Assembly: GCA_017397315.1 (NCBI GenBank)
Contig: JAFQJA010000021.1
Span: 42,756-106,755, forward strand
Origin: Clostridia bacterium
GTDB lineage: Bacteria; Bacillota; Clostridia; Monoglobales; Firm-18
Direction: 5' to 3'
DNA length: 64,000 nucleotides
A program made the position numbers and the translations under genes. This document shows positions 35,995 through 45,414 of this stretch, one piece after another. The notes beneath the pieces are model-generated. The model ran no database searches, had not been told where the DNA came from, and saw nothing but the letters and a program-made list of their open reading frames with translations. Within the stretch, counting starts at the first letter, position 1. Every line of letters starts with the position of its first letter.

Positions 35995-37060
35995 TCTTGT
36001 CTCCTTTATTATAATCAACAACGCTTTGTTCTGAAAAAGAGTTCTTTCTTACAAGTTCATTTCCCTCGCGTTTTACATAAGACTGATTAACTGCAAGAAA
36101 ATTTGTTATGTCATATAGGTCTATCCAAATCTGATTTATTCCGTCTTTTTGGCTTTCATCAAAAATCAACTGTAAACCAATATGCAGATGTGGAGTGTTA
36201 ATATTGTTGACGTTTTCTTTTGTACTGTAACCTGTCATTCCCATATATCCGATAACATCTCCCGCCATAACACAGTCTCCCTCTTTAAAATCCCGTGCAT
36301 AAGGGTGGTCTTTTCTTAAATGTGCATAGTAGTAATATCTTTTTTTGTCAAAACTCCTTATTCCTATCCGCCATCCTCCGTACTGGTTCCAACCAACCGC
36401 CTCTATGTATCCGCTTTCGACGGCAATAACAGGCGTTCCAACTCCGTTCATTAAATCGTGCCCTAAATGTTTTCTTCGGTAACCGTAACTGCGTGAAACT
36501 CCAAAATCGTCAAAATGCGAATAACCGTATCCTCCGCCGATTGGGGAAAACACCTTTAATCCGTACCTGTTTTCTCCGTTTATTGTAAATTCTCCTACAA
36601 AACCATCTAAAACAGCACCGTATGCTTCACGGTAGTAAGAATAATACTTCATATCGCCCACTATTTCGGAAAAACTTGTTTCATTATTAATTTTAGAAGT
36701 TAAATCATATATATCCTTGTACTTGAATCTGGAAAAATCTCCTCCGTATTTTGCCCCCAGATATGCAAGTAATTCTACCATTTTTACATGGTTTTCATCA
36801 CCGTAAGAGCTGACATCATACTTATATGCGTAATCCATAGCATTTTTTGAAACATCAAAATCTACCCATTTTATGTAATCTTTTTTCTCAGGCTGAGTTT
36901 CTTGTTCTTTTGCCGGGACATTCAGTTTTTTTTTGAATTCCGCCTCCTCCTTTATCATTTCCTTTCGTTCAATGTGCGGTTTTAACCCCACAACAGCAAA
37001 AACCAACACCAATGTAATTATAATAATGACAATATATTTGAATTTCATACAATAATACAT
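35972..37060 (-). CDS. M23-family (LytM-type) peptidoglycan endopeptidase, membrane anchored
   Basis: HLGHDL ... and PHLHIG zinc-ligand motifs. SD AGGTGA before the ATG at 37060. Confidence 0.8.
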   Translation of the reverse strand: MYYCMKFKYIVIIIITLVLVFAVVGLKPHIERKEMIKEEAEFKKKLNVPAKEQETQPEKKDYIKWVDFDVSKNAMDYAYKYDVSSYGDENHVKMVELLAYLGAKYGGDFSRFKYKDIYDLTSKINNETSFSEIVGDMKYYSYYREAYGAVLDGFVGEFTINGENRYGLKVFSPIGGGYGYSHFDDFGVSRSYGYRRKHLGHDLMNGVGTPVIAVESGYIEAVGWNQYGGWRIGIRSFDKKRYYYYAHLRKDHPYARDFKEGDCVMAGDVIGYMGMTGYSTKENVNNINTPHLHIGLQLIFDESQKDGINQIWIDLYDITNFLAVNQSYVKREGNELVRKNSFSEQSVVDYNKGDKNDYHITP

Positions 37061-37111
37061 AAAATCACCTATAAAAAAAGTAAATGCGTTTAACACATTT
37101 ACTTAATTATA

Positions 37112-38002
37112 TTATTTGGTTTTACGATTAATGCTTAATTCTTCCAGCTGTTTTGTTGTGAAAAAATATGATTTGTTGCAGAAATGACAGTCAACCGTTG
37201 TTCCATTTCCGTCATCTATTATGGATTGCAGTTCATCTTTGCCTATTGAAATAAGTGCTCGTTCAACCCTTTTGATACTGCAATCGCATTTATATTTCGG
37301 TGTTATTTCATTTAAAATACCAAATTTTATATCACCCATAAGGGCGGATATAATTTCTGTTCCATCACTGCCGTTTTCAATCATAGTGCTCACTGACGGC
37401 AGTGTTGCCACCGCATTTTCAATTTGAGTAATGATTTTTTCATCGTCAGGGTCATTCCCGGGCATCATCTGAATTACATATCCGCCTGCACTTTTTACGG
37501 TATTGTCAGGGTTAACCTTAACTCCCAATGCAATTACAGTGGGTATCTGTTCACTTGTAGCGTAGTAATAAGTCAAATCTTCTGCGATTTCCCCGGATAC
37601 AAGTTCCACCTGCCCTGTATATGGAACACCGCCGTTGTTGTCTCTTACTACAGACAAATAGCCTTGCCCTATCGCACCGCCCACATCAAGTTTGTTCTTG
37701 CTGTTCAAAGGTAAATCTACATAAGGATTGGCAACATATCCTTTTACCTCTGCCTTTGTATTACCTACAACAAGAACCGTGCCTAAAGGACCGTCCCCTT
37801 TAAACTGCAAAGTTACCGTCTGGTCTTCTTTTCCCATAAATCCTATAATAGCCCCTGCTGTAAGAACTCTGCCCAACGCCGCAGTTGCTACAGGGTAACT
37901 TTTATGGATTTTTTGTGCCTCGTTCACCAAATCAGTAGTAATTGCTGAATATATACGAAAACCTCCGTTGTCCGTAAGTGCAACTGTTATTCTATCACTC
38001 AT
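37112..38002 (-). CDS. hslO: redox-regulated chaperone Hsp33
   Basis: C-terminal zinc centre CDCS...CHFC and an Hsp33 N-domain pattern. Confidence 0.9.
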   Translation of the reverse strand: MSDRITVALTDNGGFRIYSAITTDLVNEAQKIHKSYPVATAALGRVLTAGAIIGFMGKEDQTVTLQFKGDGPLGTVLVVGNTKAEVKGYVANPYVDLPLNSKNKLDVGGAIGQGYLSVVRDNNGGVPYTGQVELVSGEIAEDLTYYYATSEQIPTVIALGVKVNPDNTVKSAGGYVIQMMPGNDPDDEKIITQIENAVATLPSVSTMIENGSDGTEIISALMGDIKFGILNEITPKYKCDCSIKRVERALISIGKDELQSIIDDGNGTTVDCHFCNKSYFFTTKQLEELSINRKTK

Positions 38003-38019
38003 ATTCCGTTTCCTTTCAT

Positions 38020-38056
38020 AAAAAAACAGCCTTCAAATATATTTGAAGGCTGTTTA
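38020..38056 (-). terminator. rho-independent terminator of the cold-shock gene
   Basis: 15-bp stem aaacagccttcaaat / atttgaaggctgttt with a T-run on the minus strand. Confidence 0.75.
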
Positions 38057-38111
38057 ACTTCTGTCAATTCTGTTACATTGCAACTTTATATATAAAGTCC
38101 ACAACTTCGAA

Positions 38112-38312
38112 TTAAAGTTTTGTTACATTTGCTGCCTGTGGACCTTTTGCACCTTCGATTACTTCAAATGAAACTTCAGCGCCCTCTTCCAATGCTTTAT
38201 AGCCATCCATTACAATTGCTGAAAAATGTACGAAAACATCAGTTCCATCTTCGCTTTCAATAAATCCATAGCCTTTTTCTGCGTTAAACCATTTTACTTT
38301 ACCTTTTTGCAT
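38112..38312 (-). CDS. csp: cold-shock protein (CspA family)
   Basis: [19 protein letters not shown]...DVFVHFSAI (RNP1/RNP2 motifs). Confidence 0.95.
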   Translation of the reverse strand: MQKGKVKWFNAEKGYGFIESEDGTDVFVHFSAIVMDGYKALEEGAEVSFEVIEGAKGPQAANVTKL

Positions 38313-38363
38313 GCGTCATTTCCTCCTAAACAAAATACATAGCCAATATTTAACTACCAAAAC

Positions 38364-38392
38364 AGTATAACATAGGAGGTATTTTTTGTCAA
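38364..38392 (-). promoter_or_regulatory. csp promoter (TTGACA-17-TATACT)
   Basis: Minus-strand TTGACA at 38387-38392 and TATACT at 38364-38369. It overlaps the stop of the upstream methyltransferase gene. Confidence 0.55.
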
Positions 38393-39114
38393 CAAATTTT
38401 TTTCGACGCAAACACTATTTTTTCTGTATTTTTCACTATTTTCTTTTGTTGTTCCCAAGTGAAAGTTTGCAGCAAATCAAGTTTCGCATCTTTTAGCATT
38501 TCTTTAATCTCAGATACTGTATATGCCCTTTGTATATGCTCTTCAAAAAACCGTTTATACCCCTCTTTCGTGTTTACGAAAAAATTTAGCATCTGTGTGC
38601 TTATGCCGTTTTTATAATAATTCTCCCAGGTATAAAAAATATCATCTTCATCATACACAAAAGTATTGTTCGAAAGCACATTTTTTAATTTGTGCTCAGT
38701 ATTTATGTCAAAAATAAAAATACCGTCAGGATTTAAGTAATTATGCACCAGTTTAAACATTTTTTTAAGGCGTCTTTTGTCAGTAATGTAATTTATTGCA
38801 TCTAATGTGCATACAATGGCGTCAACTGTACCGTAAAGTTCAAATTCCGTCATATCCTGACACAAAAAACGAATATCAGGTGCTTTCTCTGTAGCAAGAG
38901 ACAGCATATCCTCCGATAAATCTATACCAATTATATCATAGCCACGGCGTGAAAGTTCCATAGTAAGATTTCCCGTACCGCAGGCAAGATCTAAAACGAG
39001 ATTTGGTTTTTTGCCATACTTTATAAAGATGTCTTCTATCCTGTCAGCCATACCGATATAATCAACATTTATCAGTTTGTCATATACTTCGGCAAACATT
39101 GTGTAACTGTTCAT
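38389..39114 (-). CDS. class I SAM-dependent methyltransferase
   Basis: SAM motif I VLDLACGTG plus the downstream IIGIDLS. Confidence 0.8.
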   Translation of the reverse strand: MNSYTMFAEVYDKLINVDYIGMADRIEDIFIKYGKKPNLVLDLACGTGNLTMELSRRGYDIIGIDLSEDMLSLATEKAPDIRFLCQDMTEFELYGTVDAIVCTLDAINYITDKRRLKKMFKLVHNYLNPDGIFIFDINTEHKLKNVLSNNTFVYDEDDIFYTWENYYKNGISTQMLNFFVNTKEGYKRFFEEHIQRAYTVSEIKEMLKDAKLDLLQTFTWEQQKKIVKNTEKIVFASKKIC

Positions 39115-39115
39115 T

Positions 39116-39400
39116 TTATTCTTCCTCGTCCATACGGTCTAAAATCATAGTGTAACCTTCCGCACCGTGATTTAGACATCTTGCAACTCTGCTTATTGTA
39201 GCCGTACTTGCACCCGTTTTCTTCGCAATTTCGCTGTAAACTTCGTTTTTGCTTAAAAGTTTTGCAACCAAAAGGCGTTGAGACATTGATTCAAGTTCCA
39301 TAATTGTGCATAAATCGTCAAAGAAATTACGGCACTCCTCCACCGTTTCAAGTTTCAATATTGCTTTATACAAAGTGTCAACATTTATGTTGTGCTTCAT
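39116..39400 (-). CDS. TrpR-like YerC/YecD-family protein
   Basis: 94 aa. ...EECRNFFDDLCTIMELESMSQRLLVAKLL...TGASTATISRV is the typical YerC pattern. Confidence 0.8.
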   Translation of the reverse strand: MKHNINVDTLYKAILKLETVEECRNFFDDLCTIMELESMSQRLLVAKLLSKNEVYSEIAKKTGASTATISRVARCLNHGAEGYTMILDRMDEEE

Positions 39401-39467
39401 AGCATTATTTCTCCTTTTTAAGTATCTTTTTTTATTGTAACATTTTTTAAAAATAATTTCAAGTTTA

Positions 39468-39496
39468 TTGACAAAAATAATAATTAAGTGTATAAT
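39468..39496 (+). promoter_or_regulatory. promoter of marR-ABC operon (TTGACA-17-TATAAT)
   Basis: TTGACA at 39468-39473 and TATAAT at 39491-39496. Confidence 0.6.
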
Positions 39497-39525
39497 AGTT
39501 AAACAGTTAACTATAGGAGGTAATT

Positions 39526-40029
39526 ATGGATACTTCATTTATTGATATTGCAAACACATTTGCAAAACTGAATATAATAAAGCATAATTTGTATCACAGT
39601 ATGGCAAAAGAAAACCGCCTTAACCCCTGTCAGATGCAAATTATCGAATATCTTTTAGACCATCCGGGAAGTACTCAGATTGAGATTGCCAACAAAATGA
39701 TGGTAACTCCCGCGTCAATCACGCTCACCACAAAACGAATGGAAAAACAAGGTCTTATAACCAAAGAGGTTGACAGGGACAATCTTCGGTGCAAAAAACT
39801 TTTTGCCACCAATTTGGCAGAAGAATTGTACCGTAGCAATATAAAAATTTTTCGTAAAGTAGACAGGATATTGTTCGAAGGACTTCCGGAAAGAATTATA
39901 TTACAGTTGAACGAAAATCTTAAGAAAGCAGTTGACAATTCCTTAAACAACTGCACAAAAGTATTAAACGAAAAAGAAATGGCCAAAATCACTACTATAC
40001 TTAATAAAGGGGGAAAACAAAATGATTAA
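39526..40029 (+). CDS. MarR-family transcriptional regulator
   Basis: Winged-HTH pattern (NPCQMQIIEYLLDHPGSTQIEIANKMMVTPASITLTTKRMEKQGLI). Confidence 0.85.
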   Translation: MDTSFIDIANTFAKLNIIKHNLYHSMAKENRLNPCQMQIIEYLLDHPGSTQIEIANKMMVTPASITLTTKRMEKQGLITKEVDRDNLRCKKLFATNLAEELYRSNIKIFRKVDRILFEGLPERIILQLNENLKKAVDNSLNNCTKVLNEKEMAKITTILNKGGKQND

Positions 40030-41755
40030 AAAATTTGCATCTTGCGTAGGCAAATATAAAATTTTTGCATTTTTAACTCCTCTTCTTGTTATCTGTGAGG
40101 TTGTGCTTGAAGTAAGAATTCCTTACTTAATGTCCCAGATAATTGATATAGGTGTGGCAAACAAAGATGTTGGTTTTATAACCAAATACGGTCTTTTCAT
40201 GGTGCTTCTTGCGATTTTATCTCTTGTAACAGGTGCTCTGGGGGCGTTTACTTCATCAAAAGCCGCAACAGGTTTTGCCAAAGGCGTAAGACAAAAACTA
40301 TTCCACAAAATTCAGGACTTTTCTTTTGCCAATGTAGACAAGTTCAGCACCTCATCTCTTATCACAAGGCTAACTACTGATGTAACAAATGTTCAACACT
40401 CCTTTATGATGATTATACGAATGATGGCACGCGCACCATTTATGCTTATCTCCGCAGTTTGTATGGCAATTTTCATTAACAAAAAATTAACTATGGTGTT
40501 TTTGGTTGCACTACCAATTTTAGGCTTTTTACTTGCAATCATTGCCTGTGTGTCATTTCCCCGTTTCGGGAAAATGCTTAAAAAATTTGATACATTAAAC
40601 TCCATAATTCAGGAAAATCTTATAGGCGTAAGAGTAGTTAAGGCATTTGTGCGGGAGGACCACGAGTCCGAAAAATTCCGCAAAGCCGCTGAAGATGTAA
40701 GAAACGCACAGGTGCACGCAGAAAAAGTAATAATTTGGAATATGCCCATTATGCAGTTCATTATGTATGGCTGTATGATTGCAATTTTCTGGTTTGGCGG
40801 TAATATGATAGTTGTTGGGGAAATGAAAACAGGACAGTTAATAAGTTTTATTAGTTATGTTTCACAGATACTTATGTCGCTTATGATGATTTCGATGTTC
40901 TTTATAAATATTGTAATTTCCCGTGCATCAATACAGCGTATAACAGAGGTTTTTGATGAAATCCCCGACATATCCGATGAAACAGCAACAAAAACCGCTG
41001 TGCCCTCGGGAAGTATTACTTTTAACAATGTTTGCTTCGAATATATAAAAGGGAAAAAAGTATTAAAAGATGTTTCATTTGACATTAAATCAGGTGAAAC
41101 TGTAGGCATTTTAGGCGGAACAGGCTCTTCGAAAACCTCGTTGGTACAACTGATCCCCCGCCTTTATGATGCAACTGAGGGCGAAATTTCTGTCGGAGGC
41201 ATAAATGTAAAAGATTATAAAATCAGCGCCCTCAGGCAAAGCGTAGCAATGGTTTTGCAAAACAATGTGCTTTTTTCAGGTACTATTATGGAAAATCTCC
41301 GCTGGGGCAATCCTGATGCAGACGAAAATCAGATAACAGAGGCGTGCAAGAACGCTCAGGCACACGATTTTATTACTTCTTTTCCTGACGGATATAACAC
41401 AATGCTTGGTCAGGGCGGTGTAAACCTTTCAGGCGGACAAAAACAACGCCTTTGCATAGCCAGAGCGTTACTGAAAAAGCCGAAAATTATTATTCTTGAT
41501 GACAGCACCTCTGCAGTAGATACGGCTACTGACAAAAAAATACGCAACGCTTTAAAAAAATCATTACAAGAAACAACTACAATTATTATTGCCCAGCGTA
41601 TTTCGTCTGTTATAGATGCAGACAAAATAATTGTAATGGACAATGGGAAAATTGACCAGATTGGTACACATGATGAGCTTCTTTCGTCAAACGAAATATA
41701 CAAAGAAGTATATGAATCCCAGCAGAAAGGAGCAGATGAGAATGGCAAGGCATAA
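40022..41755 (+). CDS. ABC exporter, fused permease/ATPase (heterodimer half 1)
   Basis: Six-TM domain, Walker A GGTGSSKTS, signature LSGGQKQR and Walker B ILDDSTS. Confidence 0.9.
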   Translation: MIKKFASCVGKYKIFAFLTPLLVICEVVLEVRIPYLMSQIIDIGVANKDVGFITKYGLFMVLLAILSLVTGALGAFTSSKAATGFAKGVRQKLFHKIQDFSFANVDKFSTSSLITRLTTDVTNVQHSFMMIIRMMARAPFMLISAVCMAIFINKKLTMVFLVALPILGFLLAIIACVSFPRFGKMLKKFDTLNSIIQENLIGVRVVKAFVREDHESEKFRKAAEDVRNAQVHAEKVIIWNMPIMQFIMYGCMIAIFWFGGNMIVVGEMKTGQLISFISYVSQILMSLMMISMFFINIVISRASIQRITEVFDEIPDISDETATKTAVPSGSITFNNVCFEYIKGKKVLKDVSFDIKSGETVGILGGTGSSKTSLVQLIPRLYDATEGEISVGGINVKDYKISALRQSVAMVLQNNVLFSGTIMENLRWGNPDADENQITEACKNAQAHDFITSFPDGYNTMLGQGGVNLSGGQKQRLCIARALLKKPKIIILDDSTSAVDTATDKKIRNALKKSLQETTTIIIAQRISSVIDADKIIVMDNGKIDQIGTHDELLSSNEIYKEVYESQQKGADENGKA

Positions 41756-43622
41756 TATGCAACCTGTAAGAAAACCGAAAAACATCAAAGGAACAATAAA
41801 CAGAATTCTGAAGTATATGAAACAATACCGCATATCAGTTATAATTGTTGGTATTCTGGTCCTTGTAAGTTCCGCCACTTCTATTGCAGGAACATATTTT
41901 TTGAAACCGTTAATCAATAACTATATTATACCTTTTATCGGTCAGGAAAACCCTGACCTGTCAGGGCTTGTAAAAGGTGTAAGCACAATGGCTGTTGTTT
42001 ATACCCTCGGGGCTTTGTCCGCATACATTTACAACAGAATTATGATTTCAGTGTCAACAGGTACGCTTCTTAATCTCCGTAAGGATTTGTTCAACCATCT
42101 GCAAACTTTGCCAATTAAATATTTTGACGCTCACACGCATGGAGAATTAATGAGCAGATTTACAAATGACATTGATGCTATCAGGGAAATGCTCTCCAAC
42201 ACCATAACACACCTTATTTCTTCGGGGGTTACGGTAATAGGAGTATTTTCGGCAATGCTTATACTAAACCCCGTATTAACCATCATTGTAATTGTAATGC
42301 TTGTAATAATTACACAAATTATAAAGATTGTAGGCTCAAAGAGCGGTATGTTTTTCAGGCGTCAACAAAAAGCGGTTGGAAAAGTAAACGGATACATCGA
42401 AGAAATGATTGAGGGACAAAAAGTAGTAAAAGTTTTCTGTCACGAGGATAAAGCAAAGTCAGAATTTGATAAGTTAAACGAGGAACTTCAAAATGCAGCA
42501 TACGGTGCTCACTCTTTTGCCAATGTGCTTATGCCAATCATGGGTAACCTTTCCTATGTCCACTATGCACTGACTGCCATTGTAGGGTCTGTGTTGACTA
42601 TTTATACAGGTTTCGACATCGGCTCTTTAGCATCATTTTTACAGTACACTCGTTCATTCTCGCAACCAATTACGCAGATGTCCCAGCAGTTCAATTCTAT
42701 TCTGTCCGCCCTTGCGGGAGCAGAAAGAATTTTCGAGGTGTTAGACCAACAACCTGAAATTGACAACGGCTATGTAACACTGGTAAATGCCAGATACGAA
42801 GACGGTGAACTGAAAGAATGTGAAAACCGCACAGGAATATGGGCATGGAAGCACCCTCACCATGACGGAACGGTAACTTACAAAGAAGTCAAAGGTGAAG
42901 TTACCTTTGACAATGTTGTTTTCGGATACGAAGAAAACAACATAGTTTTAAAAGGCATTTCTTTATATGCGAAACCGGGCCAGAGAATTGCCTTTGTAGG
43001 CTCAACAGGTGCAGGTAAAACTACTATCACAAACCTGATTAACAGATTTTATGATGTGCCCGACGGCAAAATCAGATACGACGGCATAAACATAAACAAA
43101 ATCAAAAAATCAGACCTCCGCCGTTCTCTTTCAATGGTATTACAGGATACGCATTTGTTTACAGGAACGATAATGGACAATATAAGATACGGCAAACTTG
43201 ACGCTACAGACGAGCAGGCAAAAGAAGCGGCGAAACTCGCCAATGCCCATTCTTTCATAGAAATGCTAAAAGACGGTTATGACACCATTATAACCGGAGA
43301 CGGACTTAACCTAAGCCAGGGACAACGCCAATTACTTGCCATAGCTCGTGCGGCAGTTGCAAACCCGCCTGTTTTGATTTTAGACGAAGCCACAAGTTCT
43401 ATTGACACAAGAACAGAAAGGCTTATTGAAAAAGGTATGAACAGTCTTATGGAAGGAAGAACAGTTTTTGTTATTGCCCACAGACTTTCAACGGTCAGAA
43501 ACTCAAACGCTATTATGGTATTGGAACATGGGGAAATTATAGAACGCGGAGACCACGACGAACTTCTGGCACAAAAAGGCAAGTACTATCAGTTGTATAC
43601 AGGTATGTTTGAATTAGAATAA
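41742..43622 (+). CDS. ABC exporter, fused permease/ATPase (heterodimer half 2)
   Basis: Walker A GSTGAGKTT, signature LSQGQRQL and Walker B LILDEATS. The start at 41742 follows AAAGGAG. The longer ORF-track start overlaps the previous gene. Confidence 0.9.
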   Translation: MARHNMQPVRKPKNIKGTINRILKYMKQYRISVIIVGILVLVSSATSIAGTYFLKPLINNYIIPFIGQENPDLSGLVKGVSTMAVVYTLGALSAYIYNRIMISVSTGTLLNLRKDLFNHLQTLPIKYFDAHTHGELMSRFTNDIDAIREMLSNTITHLISSGVTVIGVFSAMLILNPVLTIIVIVMLVIITQIIKIVGSKSGMFFRRQQKAVGKVNGYIEEMIEGQKVVKVFCHEDKAKSEFDKLNEELQNAAYGAHSFANVLMPIMGNLSYVHYALTAIVGSVLTIYTGFDIGSLASFLQYTRSFSQPITQMSQQFNSILSALAGAERIFEVLDQQPEIDNGYVTLVNARYEDGELKECENRTGIWAWKHPHHDGTVTYKEVKGEVTFDNVVFGYEENNIVLKGISLYAKPGQRIAFVGSTGAGKTTITNLINRFYDVPDGKIRYDGININKIKKSDLRRSLSMVLQDTHLFTGTIMDNIRYGKLDATDEQAKEAAKLANAHSFIEMLKDGYDTIITGDGLNLSQGQRQLLAIARAAVANPPVLILDEATSSIDTRTERLIEKGMNSLMEGRTVFVIAHRLSTVRNSNAIMVLEHGEIIERGDHDELLAQKGKYYQLYTGMFELE

Positions 43623-43651
43623 AAAAAGAGTACCTTATGGTACTCTTTTTT
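43621..43651. terminator. bidirectional rho-independent terminator
   Basis: Stem gagtacc / ggtactc, flanked by A7 and T6. It sits between convergent genes. Confidence 0.75.
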
Positions 43652-44420
43652 ATTCTATAACAGTTGAAAATTCAATTTTTATTCTGTCGGGGTCAAATTC
43701 ATTGATTTTCAAAACGGAGTTAAGTGCAACTACCGAACCTTCCGGAAGGGTCAAAGTAATTTTCGTTCCACTATTAACTTTGCTTTTAATTTCAAGCGTT
43801 CCGTTCAAACATTCAACAAATTCCTTTACTATAGCCATACCAAGTCCGCAACCCCGGGCTATCGATATTCCGTTTTTCGCCCTGTAATTACACTGAAATA
43901 TTTTATTTATATCATTTTTTGGTATTCCTATTCCGTTATCGGTAACACTTAACATCAGGTTGCCTTTCACTACATCAATATCAATTTTAATTGTTTTATC
44001 TTCATTTGTATTATATTTAATTGAATTTGTGATAAGATTATTAAGCACACGCGTCAACTTTTCATAATCGCATGAAAACACAACATCTCCGTGTAAGATA
44101 TTGGTTTGCAAATTGACATTGCAACTGTCAACATAAGGTTTGACAGAGGAAATATACATTGTGATATATTCCTCAAGATTGCATGATGAATAGTTTGCAG
44201 TCATAACTCTGTTTCTGCAATTGATTATGTCGTGAAAATTTGTCGCAAGAAGATTTATAGAGTTACAGCTTCTGTGAATAATACCGCAAAACTGTTCAAT
44301 AGCCTTTTTGTCAACAGGCTCATCTTTTATTACATTTTCAATCATTGAAGCGGATGCTTTAATGTTTGAAACAGGTTGCTTTATATCGTGGATTACTTTA
44401 CTTAATTCTTCAAAATTCAT
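43650..44420 (-). CDS. cytoplasmic histidine kinase consisting only of DHp (H-box) and HATPase_c domains
   Basis: The H-box IHDIKQPVSNI starts at residue 10. It has an N-box (NLITNSIKYN), G1 (DNGIGI) and G2 (GCGLGMAIV). It has no TM or sensor domain. Confidence 0.75.
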   Translation of the reverse strand: MNFEELSKVIHDIKQPVSNIKASASMIENVIKDEPVDKKAIEQFCGIIHRSCNSINLLATNFHDIINCRNRVMTANYSSCNLEEYITMYISSVKPYVDSCNVNLQTNILHGDVVFSCDYEKLTRVLNNLITNSIKYNTNEDKTIKIDIDVVKGNLMLSVTDNGIGIPKNDINKIFQCNYRAKNGISIARGCGLGMAIVKEFVECLNGTLEIKSKVNSGTKITLTLPEGSVVALNSVLKINEFDPDRIKIEFSTVIE

Positions 44421-44435
44421 ATGAATTCCCCCTGT

Positions 44436-44765
44436 TTACTTTCTGAAACTGTTAATAATTTCAATGTTTTTTATCAACAACTCTTTTTCATTAGATGTAA
44501 AATTATCTGTCAGTTCCGCAACTTTCTTTACAAAATAACTGCTTCCTGATTTGGAATTTAAATCTCCGAAAAGCAAACTGTCCGTTGATATTTCCAAAAC
44601 ATTCGCAATTTTTACCAATGTATCAAGAGACGGAATTCCTTTCGCCCTTTCTATTTGTCCGACAAAAGTTGTTGAAACATCAAGTTTCTCCGCCAACTGC
44701 TCCAGTGTATATTGCTTTGCCTTTCTTTGTTTTCGTATATTTTTCCCTAGTAATTCATAGTTCAA
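44436..44765 (-). CDS. XRE-family HTH regulator with ~45-aa C-terminal extension
   Basis: HTH_3 pattern (KQYTLEQLAEKLDVSTTFVGQIERAKGIPSLDTLVKIANVL). Confidence 0.8.
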   Translation of the reverse strand: MNYELLGKNIRKQRKAKQYTLEQLAEKLDVSTTFVGQIERAKGIPSLDTLVKIANVLEISTDSLLFGDLNSKSGSSYFVKKVAELTDNFTSNEKELLIKNIEIINSFRK

Positions 44766-44911
44766 AACATTAACACCTACCTTTATTTAAGTTTAACATT
44801 TATTTACTTTTATTTAAAGTATTTAAAATCTTAAAATATTAACTTGTATCTTTAATATAACATATTGAAATATCTAATACCTTTTGGTATAATAATAATG
44901 GAGGGATAATT

Positions 44912-45400
44912 ATGAAAAAACTTTCAATAATGATTGTGGCATTAATTCTTTTATTTAACTGTGTTGTTTTTGCAGACCAGTTAACCGCAGAAGTTATACA
45001 GTCCGGCAATTCTTCTTTTACCGTTGAACTAAAACTGCAGGCGGAGAAAGCACCTGTTGTGAATGTAAACGGTGAAGTTATGGAATACGCCCCTGCTCCC
45101 TTTATGCAAAACGACAGAATGTATGTACCTGTAAGACAGATTTTAGGGCAAAACGGTTACTATATTAATTATGACGAAAAAACCGCTACAATTTCTGCAA
45201 TAAACACCTTGAACAATCATTACATTGTTATGCAGATAGGTAACAAAACTTATACATCTGGACAGTCTTCCTATCAGTTTGATGTTGCTCCCATAGTTTT
45301 AGAGGGAAGAACATTTGTTCCTGTAAGAATTATGTACAGCATGATGGGCTTTAATGTAGATTACGACGAAGCGACAAACACTGCAATAATTACAAAATAA
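44912..45400 (+). CDS. secreted protein with two copper-amine-oxidase N-terminal-like (stalk) repeats
   Basis: Signal peptide MKKLSIMIVALILLFNCVVFA, then the motifs NDRMYVPVRQILG and EGRTFVPVRIMYSMMGFNVDYD. Confidence 0.7.
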   Translation: MKKLSIMIVALILLFNCVVFADQLTAEVIQSGNSSFTVELKLQAEKAPVVNVNGEVMEYAPAPFMQNDRMYVPVRQILGQNGYYINYDEKTATISAINTLNNHYIVMQIGNKTYTSGQSSYQFDVAPIVLEGRTFVPVRIMYSMMGFNVDYDEATNTAIITK

Positions 45401-45414
45401 GGTGATGATAATAA

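Noticed and set aside
41643-41741. 33-codon N-terminal extension of the second ABC exporter gene
   Set aside because: It overlaps the C-terminal coding region of the first exporter gene in another frame. The ATG at 41742 follows AAAGGAG and gives the usual short cytoplasmic N-terminus.
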